NCBI GenBank assembly: GCA_016235665.1
Contig: JACRJI010000003.1
Location: 160,061-224,060 of the forward strand
Origin: a candidate division TA06 bacterium
GTDB lineage: Bacteria > Edwardsbacteria > AC1 > EtOH8
DNA: 64,000 bases
Direction of reading: 5' to 3'
The notes beneath the pieces are model-generated. The model was not told where the DNA came from, made no database searches, and worked only from the letters and a program-made list of their open reading frames with translations. Made by a program: the position numbers and the translations under genes. How positions within the stretch are numbered: the first letter of the stretch is position 1; each line of letters opens with the position of its first letter. Below, in pieces: positions 56,358 to 64,000 of the stretch.

Positions 56358-57262
56358 CCTCACCGGTGTCAGACGGCTACAATACCGGAGAAAGGGCCAC
56401 CCTAGTGGTTACTTATATTTGTCCCCGTTGCCGGGAAGGGCTTGAAATTGGGAAAATGGAACTTAAATGCAATCGCTGTCTCGTAAGTTACAGGATCGAA
56501 GAGGGAGTGCCGATCTTATTGGATGAGGAGGGCTGCGGACAATACTATCAATTCTACCAGCAAGATGCCCAAAGGATAGACCATGTTGTTCTGGAAGAAC
56601 TATCCTTTTTCAGGCAAAAGCTGGAAACAGTGGTGGAGCGAATGTTACGGGTAAGCGCCGAAAAAAACGCCGCTATTCTTGACGCCGGATGCGGTGACGG
56701 GGTGTTGTTGAAGATGCTCAAAGAAGCCGGTTTTACAAATGTATGGGGAGCGGATATCTCTCCAAACAGAGCCCGCCGGGCTTGTACGTTAAACGGGGGG
56801 CGGGTGGTGGTCACCGACCTGGAGAAGACCGGCCTAGGCCCGGGTAGTTTCAAAGTTATCATCGCTTCGGAGATACTGGAGCATGTTCCGGATGTGCAGA
56901 TATTTTTGTCCAATTGCCGGGCCATGCTTTGCCCCGGAGGATCGCTGATCATAACCACGCCCTCGGCCATAAGATGGAAGGATTGGCCCCGGAGGCTATG
57001 GTCGGGAAAAAAACTGAAAGACTTTTCAAAGGACCCGGGACACCTGAGGTTTTTGGATAGAAGTGAGCTTTTCAAAATGTGCCGTGCAGCCGGCTTTGAA
57101 AAAACATGGTCGTCAAGCGCATCGATCTTGCCGGAAAGGATCTGGGAATACCTGGAAAGGGATATTCCCGGGGCTTATAGAACCTGCGACCGGTTTTTGC
57201 GCTCCGTGCCGGTGGTAAACCAAGGAGGATCTTTTATCATAGCCCAATTCGCGAAAAAGTAA
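56354..57262 (+). CDS. Trm112-like zinc-ribbon fused to methyltransferase type 11 (MTase 4)
   Basis: CPRC ... CNRC ... EGVPILL zinc ribbon, then ILDAGCGDG (motif I). Confidence 0.72.
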   Translation: MTSPVSDGYNTGERATLVVTYICPRCREGLEIGKMELKCNRCLVSYRIEEGVPILLDEEGCGQYYQFYQQDAQRIDHVVLEELSFFRQKLETVVERMLRVSAEKNAAILDAGCGDGVLLKMLKEAGFTNVWGADISPNRARRACTLNGGRVVVTDLEKTGLGPGSFKVIIASEILEHVPDVQIFLSNCRAMLCPGGSLIITTPSAIRWKDWPRRLWSGKKLKDFSKDPGHLRFLDRSELFKMCRAAGFEKTWSSSASILPERIWEYLERDIPGAYRTCDRFLRSVPVVNQGGSFIIAQFAKK

Positions 57263-57517
57263 ACCCGGCCGGTTTCATTATGAATGTCAGCTAATCCATG
57301 GGCACCCAGGGAAGTGTTTGAGATGTTTTTGATATCGATTTTGCAGATATTACCAAGTCCTGTGCCGCAGAAAACTTGAATGTTCAGCGGAGCAAATAGA
57401 TTCCGATTAGACCACAACGATCAGAATAAACCATGACAGCACATAACACGGATTCGATTTCCCATGCCGGACCGAAGTGTGCTACTGCCATTATCACAGC
57501 CCGATGGGAGAAATCAG

Positions 57518-58270
57518 ATGCCACTGACATTTGAAGAACAACGCTACGAGGTTGAGCATAATCTGGGTTCTCAATATACCCGTCACCAGCTTTCAAAACT
57601 GGCGGCTCTTAGAGGCGGCCGGGTGCTGGACATTGGCTCCCAGACGGCGGATAATTTGGAACCCTTTGAACGGCACGTTCTGTTCGGATTTGACATAGAG
57701 TTTACCAGGGAAGCCAGCCAGCGCAAGAAAAACGTAATATTTGCCAGCGCCACCGTCACCGCCATACCTTTCAAGGATTGTTCTTTTGATGTGATATTGA
57801 TGAACCATGTGCTGGAGCATATCCCTGATGAGGATCTGGCCCTGCAAGAGGCCAAAAGGGTCCTAAAGAATGACGGTTTGCTTTGGCTGGCTTGCCCCAC
57901 CTCATACTCCGGAAAGCTAAAGCCCGGCGAAGCCGAGAGGCACGGGCACGTCAGGGCCTATAACCGAAGATCGCTGATCATGGCGGCTCAAAAGCATTTG
58001 GCCGTTTGCGGCGCTCAAAACCCCGGCAGGGTATTGTGGGCATATCACCATCTGCTGCTGCCGTTTTTTGTATACGTCAACCGGGTCCAAATGAAACTGC
58101 TGGGCGATAAAAAACTGCTTTGGCAAAGATGGTGGATGATAAAAGTGATGAACCCTTTGGTAAGGTGGGTGTCTTTTCCTCTTGAAGACCTGATGGCACC
58201 TATTCCTTGGTGGCCCGGAGACTTATTTTTTGACGGCAATACGGCCTTGATTCTGCGTAAAAATGAATAA
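57518..58270 (+). CDS. class I SAM-dependent methyltransferase type 11 (MTase 5)
   Basis: VLDIGSQ ... VILMNHVLEHIPD. Start is the ATG at 57518 with RBS GGGAGA. An alternative upstream ATG lies at 57464. Confidence 0.62.
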   Translation: MPLTFEEQRYEVEHNLGSQYTRHQLSKLAALRGGRVLDIGSQTADNLEPFERHVLFGFDIEFTREASQRKKNVIFASATVTAIPFKDCSFDVILMNHVLEHIPDEDLALQEAKRVLKNDGLLWLACPTSYSGKLKPGEAERHGHVRAYNRRSLIMAAQKHLAVCGAQNPGRVLWAYHHLLLPFFVYVNRVQMKLLGDKKLLWQRWWMIKVMNPLVRWVSFPLEDLMAPIPWWPGDLFFDGNTALILRKNE

Positions 58271-59276
58271 TCGCAAAAAAGATAAATCTCAGCAGGAGTG
58301 GCTGGGACAACTCCTCCCCCAATATTTAACCCGTCGTTTAGCCTGTACCAATTGTCTGGGCAAGCTCCGGAGCAATTTGGGCAAGTTTGAGTGCCTGGAA
58401 TGCGGCCAAAAATTTGAAATTCAAGACAGCGTGCCGGTATTTTGGAATTCTTCCGACGAGTTCAAACACTTGGAATCAGATTATTATGGACGTGAGGCTA
58501 TTTCCCCCAGCGAATCAAGCGTCTTCAGAAATTATTACCGCTTTACTAAATATGAACGGAAGATAAAAGAAAAAGCCATCTCTTTTTTAAAGCCGCACAG
58601 CCTGATACTTACCCTGGGCGGCGGGGACGGCAGGCACGGGGTATCTTTATGTCAAATGGGGCATGAGGTTTTGGAAACTGATCTAGCTCCCAGGGCCGGT
58701 TTTGCGGCCGCAGTAAAATTCCGGGAAGCTAATTGTAAGCATCCCTGGGCGGTGGCGGCTATTGACGCTGAACAGATACCGTTTGAAGCTGAGACCTTTG
58801 ATGCCGTATACATCTGCGCCGCTCTGCACCAGATGCCGGAGCGGTATAAAGTGGCGGAACAGGTTGGCAGGGTTTTGAAAAAAGGCGGCGTGTTTATTAT
58901 GGCGGCCGAACCCAATGCCTGGTTTTACAAGATCCTCAGGCCATTGGCTCAATTGATGGGGATACGCTCCAAGCAGTTGTGGGGCCAATCAGTGGGCGAT
59001 GAGGCCAACCGGGGAGTGAGTTATATCGATATCGTGAGGTTCTGCGAGAGGGCCGGGCTTGAGCCGTTATATATTCAGCCCAAGTTTTTTTTAACCGGAT
59101 TGCTGTATCAAAGCACCGAAGCTTTTTACAGGTTGCTTCATAAAGATCACCGGGATCGTCTTGGCACCAGGCAGTGGGAAGTGGAACTGTTGACCAGGAT
59201 GGATTTTATAATCGGGCTTTTGCCGGGTATTCAAAGGTATCCGTTTTACTGGACAGTGGTGGCAAAAAAAACATAA
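58263..59276 (+). CDS. Trm112-like zinc-ribbon fused to class I SAM methyltransferase (MTase 6)
   Basis: CTNC ... CLEC ... DSVPVF zinc ribbon, then LTLGGGDG (motif I). Confidence 0.7.
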   Translation: MNNRKKDKSQQEWLGQLLPQYLTRRLACTNCLGKLRSNLGKFECLECGQKFEIQDSVPVFWNSSDEFKHLESDYYGREAISPSESSVFRNYYRFTKYERKIKEKAISFLKPHSLILTLGGGDGRHGVSLCQMGHEVLETDLAPRAGFAAAVKFREANCKHPWAVAAIDAEQIPFEAETFDAVYICAALHQMPERYKVAEQVGRVLKKGGVFIMAAEPNAWFYKILRPLAQLMGIRSKQLWGQSVGDEANRGVSYIDIVRFCERAGLEPLYIQPKFFLTGLLYQSTEAFYRLLHKDHRDRLGTRQWEVELLTRMDFIIGLLPGIQRYPFYWTVVAKKT

Positions 59277-59292
59277 AGAGGTTGAACGCAAC

Positions 59293-59916
59293 ATGCCGTC
59301 GAGCCGATACGAACACATCTCGGATGTCATCTCCATTATTTCCCATCTGGGCTACCAGAGCTTTCTGGATATTGGCTGCGGCTTTGGCCGCTGGGGTTTT
59401 TTGGCCCGGGAGTTCGGAGACATTTATCACGGCCGCTACCAAAAACAAAATTGGCTGGTTAGGATAGAAGGGGTGGAGGTTCACCGGGATTATCTTTGCC
59501 CCCAGCACGAGCATGTTTACGATAAGATACACTTGGGCAAGATTGAGGATAAGCTTCCGGAGCTTCCCAATTATGACATAATATTTGCCGGCGATGTCCT
59601 GGAGCATCTGGAGAAAAGTGCGGCCAGCAATGTCATCGGAGATCTTTTCAGTAAGGCCAACAAAGCGTTACTGGTAGCCATTCCACTGGGTGAGGACTGG
59701 GGCCAGGGCGAGGTTCTGGATAATCCGCATGAGAGGCATAGGTCTGTTTGGAGCGAAAGCGATCTGAAAAAACTCGGGGCCAGGATGGTAAAAATATACT
59801 ACCTTCCTCAAGGATCGCTTTATGCCCTGGCGGTGTGGGCAAAACCAGGATTCAAACTGCTGCCGGCGGTCCGGCTGCAGAACAGAATTAAATGCAAGAT
59901 GGGAATAAGATCTTGA
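59293..59916 (+). CDS. class I SAM-dependent methyltransferase, small (MTase 7)
   Basis: LDIGCGFGRWG motif I and the ..FAGDVLEHLE.. block. Confidence 0.6.
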   Translation: MPSSRYEHISDVISIISHLGYQSFLDIGCGFGRWGFLAREFGDIYHGRYQKQNWLVRIEGVEVHRDYLCPQHEHVYDKIHLGKIEDKLPELPNYDIIFAGDVLEHLEKSAASNVIGDLFSKANKALLVAIPLGEDWGQGEVLDNPHERHRSVWSESDLKKLGARMVKIYYLPQGSLYALAVWAKPGFKLLPAVRLQNRIKCKMGIRS

Positions 59917-61097
59917 GGAATGTTCCGCTGGAGCAATTGAAAAAAGTCATATTGGCCACATCCAGTCCGCTGGGGCAGGAGGCGATAGGCAAAGTGGCTC
60001 AGCATCTCGCCGAAGGGCTGGCCCAGGCCGGCTTACTGTTGAGGTTTTTTCATATCGATGGCCAGCCATTAAAAAATAGCATCAAAAATTCCCGGGCCAT
60101 TGCACCAGTCCGCATTCCCGTTTTGGGCCGGTTTGACTGGGGCCGGAAACTGTTGCTTTCCAGACAAGAGGCATTTTATCAAAAGAAAGTGGCACAGGAG
60201 ATTTGCAGGGGAGAGTCTGGTCTTTATTACGGTTGGGTATTGCAGTCCCAGAAATCATTAGAAGCCTGCCGCTCCCAGGGAATAAAATCAGTACTGGAAT
60301 GCGGCATGATCTATCCCCCCGCCTTTCGGGATCTGCTGGCAGCCGAATTCCAAAGATACAACATTCCGCTTCCCTGGCACCTCGGACCAAAAAGAGTGAC
60401 AGACAGCCTGTACGAACTTGGCTTGGCCGATATCATAGCCGCACCGTCACAATTGGTGGTGGATTCATTCATCGCCAGCGGTTTCGAACCGGATAAATTT
60501 CTGATAATGCCGCCGGGTGTTGATTGCGATTACTTTCATCCTTCAGCTGTTCAGGGAACCAAGGAACCCTGGGCCCTGTACATCGGCCGTTTGGAACTGG
60601 CCAAGGGTGTCCATCATCTGATTACGGCCTGGCAGAGGGTTAAAAAGCCGGGTCGCAGGCTGGTACTCATTGGCAATTTGCAGCCTTGCTTAAAAAACTG
60701 GCTGGACGCTAATCAGCAGATGTTGGATGCCAGCGTGGAGTTGGCAGGGGTTAAAACCGACCTCAGACCATACTTTGAAAAGGCCAGGTTTACAGTGCTG
60801 CCCTCGCTGGCCGATGGATTTGGGATGGCTGTCATGGAAGGAATGGCGGCCGGCCTTCCCGCCATCGTCACTGAAAACTGCGGGGTGAAATCTGCCATTG
60901 ATGATGGCAAAAGCGGGTGGATAGTGCCGGTGGCCGACACGGGCTTATTGGCCCAGAAAATGGGGGTTTTGTTTTCGGATGCAGAACTTTGTTTGCATCT
61001 GGGGAAAAATGCCCGGACTCGGGCGCTGGATTATTCCTGGCACAATTTCAAGGATAAAGCAGTGGAGCTTATCCTTCCGTATCTCCGCAAAAAATAA
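59892..61097 (+). CDS. GT4 glycosyltransferase
   Basis: C-terminal GT1 motif (DGFGMAVMEGMAAGLP). The ATG start overlaps the upstream gene by 25 nt; an in-frame TTG at 59913 is an alternative. Confidence 0.65.
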   Translation: MQDGNKILRNVPLEQLKKVILATSSPLGQEAIGKVAQHLAEGLAQAGLLLRFFHIDGQPLKNSIKNSRAIAPVRIPVLGRFDWGRKLLLSRQEAFYQKKVAQEICRGESGLYYGWVLQSQKSLEACRSQGIKSVLECGMIYPPAFRDLLAAEFQRYNIPLPWHLGPKRVTDSLYELGLADIIAAPSQLVVDSFIASGFEPDKFLIMPPGVDCDYFHPSAVQGTKEPWALYIGRLELAKGVHHLITAWQRVKKPGRRLVLIGNLQPCLKNWLDANQQMLDASVELAGVKTDLRPYFEKARFTVLPSLADGFGMAVMEGMAAGLPAIVTENCGVKSAIDDGKSGWIVPVADTGLLAQKMGVLFSDAELCLHLGKNARTRALDYSWHNFKDKAVELILPYLRKK

Positions 61098-61287
61098 TAG
61101 ATGAGTCATAATAGTTGCCGGACTGATAACCGGGCCGGGCAGCATCTGGTAAGCCAGGGCTTTGACACCGGGCGAATAATACACGCTTAGAGGAAAAATG
61201 CAATCTGTATGGGAACAGGGATTTTGTCTGGCTATAAAAAACAGCTAAAGACGATTTGATGCTGAAAACCGAAAATAATTATATCCA

Positions 61288-62745
61288 ATGAGCAGAGCGA
61301 TTGCCCAGAAAGCCGTGAGCGGCACATTGTGGGTGGCCGGGGCCAACTATATCCGCTTTGCGGTGACGGCAGTAGCCTCGATCATTACCGCCAGGCTGGT
61401 GGCGCCGGAGGCTTTCGGCCAGTATGCCATGGCCGGAGTATTCGTTTTTTTTGCGGCCCGTTTTCAGATGCTGGGATTTGACGAAGCCTTGGTGCACCAG
61501 CCCAACCCTGTTGCCGCCCATTACTCCACCCACCGGCTTTTGAACCTAGGCATTTATTCGGCCATATTATCACTGGCTGTGCCAGGCACCTGGCTGGTGG
61601 CAAAATTCTACGGCCAGACCGTGGGACTGATATTCATCGCCTTAATGGCTGCCAGCGGATCGGCCATATTTTCCCTGACGCCCAGTGTCATATTGCAAAA
61701 AACGATGATGTACAAGGAGATCGCCCTAATCGCCCTGGCTTCCTGTTTGATTTCATCCGGGCTGATGGTTTTTACCGCCTGGTTGGGATGGGGACCCTGG
61801 GCATTAGTGGCGGGAACCGTATCCGGTATTGTGGTAGGATTGGTTGGGAACCTGCTGGTCTGCCCTTTTTCCATAGGGTGGGAATACGACAAAAATATTA
61901 AGAACTGGTTCTTAAGTTACGGCCCTTACTGGCGCTGGTTTTTGGGAATGAGCGCCCAGTCCCTGTCACAGCAGTTTGACAGTTTTACGGTGGGAACAGT
62001 CCGGGGCAACACCGAGCTTGGTTTCTACAGTAAAGCCCTGAATTGGGCGAACCTGCCGACCACCCAGGTGGCCCACGTAATCGCCTCCACAGCCTTTCCC
62101 ACCTATTCCCGCCTGCAAAATAACAGGCCGGCGCTTTCCCAGGCATATCAGAAAGTGCTCTCAGCTGTTTTTCGCATCTCGCTGTGGATCGGACTGGGGA
62201 TGGTGTTTTGCGCCCATGAGGGAACCATTGTTCTGATCGGTGAACGTTGGTTGCCCATAGTAAATATTTTACGCTGGCTGGCTCTGATGATGCTGCTGCG
62301 GCCATTCTACGATCTGGCCGGCGGTTTGCTGGCGGCAGTGGGCCGTCCCAAGGCGGCCATGGATGCCCTGATCTGGCAGGGGGGCTGGATGGTACTGACC
62401 TGTTTTCCCTTTGTTTATCTTTGGGGTAAAGAGGGCGTGGCCATGTGTGTGGCAGTTTCTTCGGCCGTCGGGATCATAGTGGTTTACCGCCAAGTGGTGA
62501 AGGAAGTGGATCTGAATTTCGGTAAAATATTATTAAATCCGGCCCTGGCCGCCGGTGCCGGGCTGGCACTTTCGATGTTGGCGTATCTTCCCAAAACAGA
62601 TTCTCTATTGGTGTTGCTGATATTAAAGGCTGGTTTTTTGTCAATAGGGTACTTGCTTGTCATCTGGCTTTTGGAAAAAGACGAATGGATGGATTTTTGG
62701 CACAAATACATCAGGCCGGCTAAGGCCGAAATGGAGAGTGCTTGA
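61288..62745 (+). CDS. Wzx-type oligosaccharide flippase (MOP superfamily), copy 2
   Basis: 485 aa with ~12-14 TM helices and the polysaccharide-biosynthesis-protein family layout. Confidence 0.7.
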   Translation: MSRAIAQKAVSGTLWVAGANYIRFAVTAVASIITARLVAPEAFGQYAMAGVFVFFAARFQMLGFDEALVHQPNPVAAHYSTHRLLNLGIYSAILSLAVPGTWLVAKFYGQTVGLIFIALMAASGSAIFSLTPSVILQKTMMYKEIALIALASCLISSGLMVFTAWLGWGPWALVAGTVSGIVVGLVGNLLVCPFSIGWEYDKNIKNWFLSYGPYWRWFLGMSAQSLSQQFDSFTVGTVRGNTELGFYSKALNWANLPTTQVAHVIASTAFPTYSRLQNNRPALSQAYQKVLSAVFRISLWIGLGMVFCAHEGTIVLIGERWLPIVNILRWLALMMLLRPFYDLAGGLLAAVGRPKAAMDALIWQGGWMVLTCFPFVYLWGKEGVAMCVAVSSAVGIIVVYRQVVKEVDLNFGKILLNPALAAGAGLALSMLAYLPKTDSLLVLLILKAGFLSIGYLLVIWLLEKDEWMDFWHKYIRPAKAEMESA

Positions 62746-63860
62746 TGCGTATCCTTTTTATAAATTGGAGCCGGGTGGAATACGGGGGGGGCGAAAAACA
62801 TCTGCTGGCCTTGGTCAAGGAAATGAAAAATATGGGGATTGAACCAAGGCTGCTTTGCCCCCCTCAAAGCCCATTAGCGCAAAAGGCTGCTGAAGCTGGA
62901 ATTAATGTATCGGAGATCTGTCTGGATTTTTTTAAAAAAGGCGAACCCCTGCCATATATACGCTCGGTGATTTCGATATCTAAGGAAGTAAAGAAGTTTA
63001 AGCCTGACCTGATACACGCTCAAGGAGCCAACTCACTGCATTGGCTGATGCCTTTTGCTTTATTTGGCAAGATTCCCATATGCTGCAAGCTCCAGGATTT
63101 TGAAGTATCTAACCGGTTTTCCCTTTGGGCCTTGCGTAAGATCCCCGTGGTTTTTACAGATTCGGAGGCTCTAAGAAAACGCGTCATTCTGACTTACAAA
63201 ATCAATGGAAATAAATGCTTGACCATAAGGCCGGGCATTGAACCTTTGACGGAAGCCGCTGCTGAACCGGTCCGGGCCATGCGGAAACGTCTGGGTTTGG
63301 GTCCAAGCGATATTGCCGTTGGCATCTGTAGCCGCATCCATCCCCGTAAGGGCCAGCATCTGTTCCTAAAAGCCGTGGATATTTTGAAGGAAGAAACCTC
63401 CATCAAATGGATCATAGCCGGGGACCGGGAAACGGCCGATCTCAATTACTTGGAGGAACTGGACACATTGATAAATAATTACAGGTTGGATTCCAGGGTG
63501 AGCTTCACTGGTTTTATTTCCGACCTGCCCGTATTCTTAAGCGCCTTGGACATAGTTACGGTTCCCTCGCAGGAAGAACCTTTTGGTTTGATCTCGATTG
63601 ATGCCCAAGCCCAATCCCGCCCGGTGATCGTTTCTAACCAGGGCGGATTGCCGGAGTCGGTGGAAGACGGCCTGACAGGGATCGTCATGCGGAAACTGGA
63701 TGCCATTGAACTGGCCCGCCAGGTGATGGTGCTGGCCAGCGATCCGGAGTATCGGCGCCGCATGGGGCGGGCCGGGCAGAAACGTATCGCCCAGGGGTTC
63801 ACCATCCGGCAAAATGCCTTGAAAATTATTGAGCAGTATAAAATATTGGCCGGGCCATGA
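62742..63860 (+). CDS. GT4 glycosyltransferase
   Basis: GGGEKH N-terminus and a C-terminal EPFGLISIDAQA motif. Confidence 0.75.
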   Translation: MMRILFINWSRVEYGGGEKHLLALVKEMKNMGIEPRLLCPPQSPLAQKAAEAGINVSEICLDFFKKGEPLPYIRSVISISKEVKKFKPDLIHAQGANSLHWLMPFALFGKIPICCKLQDFEVSNRFSLWALRKIPVVFTDSEALRKRVILTYKINGNKCLTIRPGIEPLTEAAAEPVRAMRKRLGLGPSDIAVGICSRIHPRKGQHLFLKAVDILKEETSIKWIIAGDRETADLNYLEELDTLINNYRLDSRVSFTGFISDLPVFLSALDIVTVPSQEEPFGLISIDAQAQSRPVIVSNQGGLPESVEDGLTGIVMRKLDAIELARQVMVLASDPEYRRRMGRAGQKRIAQGFTIRQNALKIIEQYKILAGP

Positions 63861-64000
63861 AAGTTCTTTTTGTTTGTCCGGCTTTCCCACCCAAGGTATG
63901 CGGAGTGGGAAACTATGCCGCTTTGTTGATCAAGGCCTTGACCGGCATGGGACTGGAGATTTCCCTTTTGACCGGAGACGATCCGGTGGATGCTAAGCAG
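63857..64000 (+). CDS. glycosyltransferase, 5' partial (runs off window)
   Basis: MKVLFVCPAFPPKVCGVGNYAALL is a GT4-like N-terminus. ATGA overlap with the upstream gene. Confidence 0.5.
   Translation, partial: MKVLFVCPAFPPKVCGVGNYAALLIKALTGMGLEISLLTGDDPVDAKQ

Noticed and set aside
1-64000. CRISPR arrays, rRNA/tRNA genes, transposases/integrases
   Set aside because: The repeated hairpins are not regularly spaced with unique spacers. No cloverleaf-like tRNA was seen by eye in the long intergenic regions (17891-18250, 39923-40162, 61098-61287). No transposase-like translation was found.

Overview
High-GC (~60%) contig from an anaerobic diderm bacterium (it has OmpA/Pal, Tol-Pal, OM beta-barrel, rubredoxin and hybrid-cluster protein). 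Gene content is read from the translations by eye; no searches were run.

The window contains, in order:
(1) A nitrosative/redox-stress locus at 184-9368: two YjbQ/UPF0047 paralogs, a three-Cys Rrf2 regulator, a 2x[4Fe-4S] protein, rubredoxin, a cupin and hcp.
(2) A TPR protein and an OmpA-family protein, then a low-GC orphan gene, then msrAB.
(3) A minus-strand envelope operon at 13239-17890: a MacB/FtsX-type ABC exporter, two lipoproteins, an OM beta-barrel and a Cys/Met-rich secreted protein.
(4) Housekeeping genes: rbfA-nrnA, nadK, a large Ig-like/YVTN lipoprotein, recN and a GIY-YIG gene.
(5) A complete Tol-Pal operon (tolQ-tolR-tolA-tolB-pal-ybgF) interrupted by a low-GC SAM-methyltransferase gene.
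(6) A phosphomannomutase followed by two tandem GT-C-like/TPR membrane proteins, then hisJ-like, thiD, zupT and a BatA/VWA protein.
(7) From about 40.1 kb to the window end, a mosaic-GC surface-glycan locus of more than 24 kb. It has two Wzx-type flippases, about nine glycosyltransferases (one a GT2-GT9 fusion), a PseB/CapE-type UDP-GlcNAc 4,6-dehydratase with an apparently split CapF-like reductase/cupin pair, a PIG-L deacetylase and a WbqC-like protein. It also carries seven SAM methyltransferases, three of them with an N-terminal Trm112-like zinc ribbon.

The intergenic DNA is rich in repeated palindromic elements. One family, a pyrimidine/purine hairpin plus a GGGTGAGGTCAAA tail, has 6 copies. 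A GCCGTGGC terminator hairpin has 3 copies. A 30-bp perfect palindrome occurs twice in the hcp locus. Two perfect-consensus sigma70 promoters were found, one overlapped by an IscR-type-1-like palindrome.

No rRNA, tRNA, CRISPR or transposase genes were recognised.
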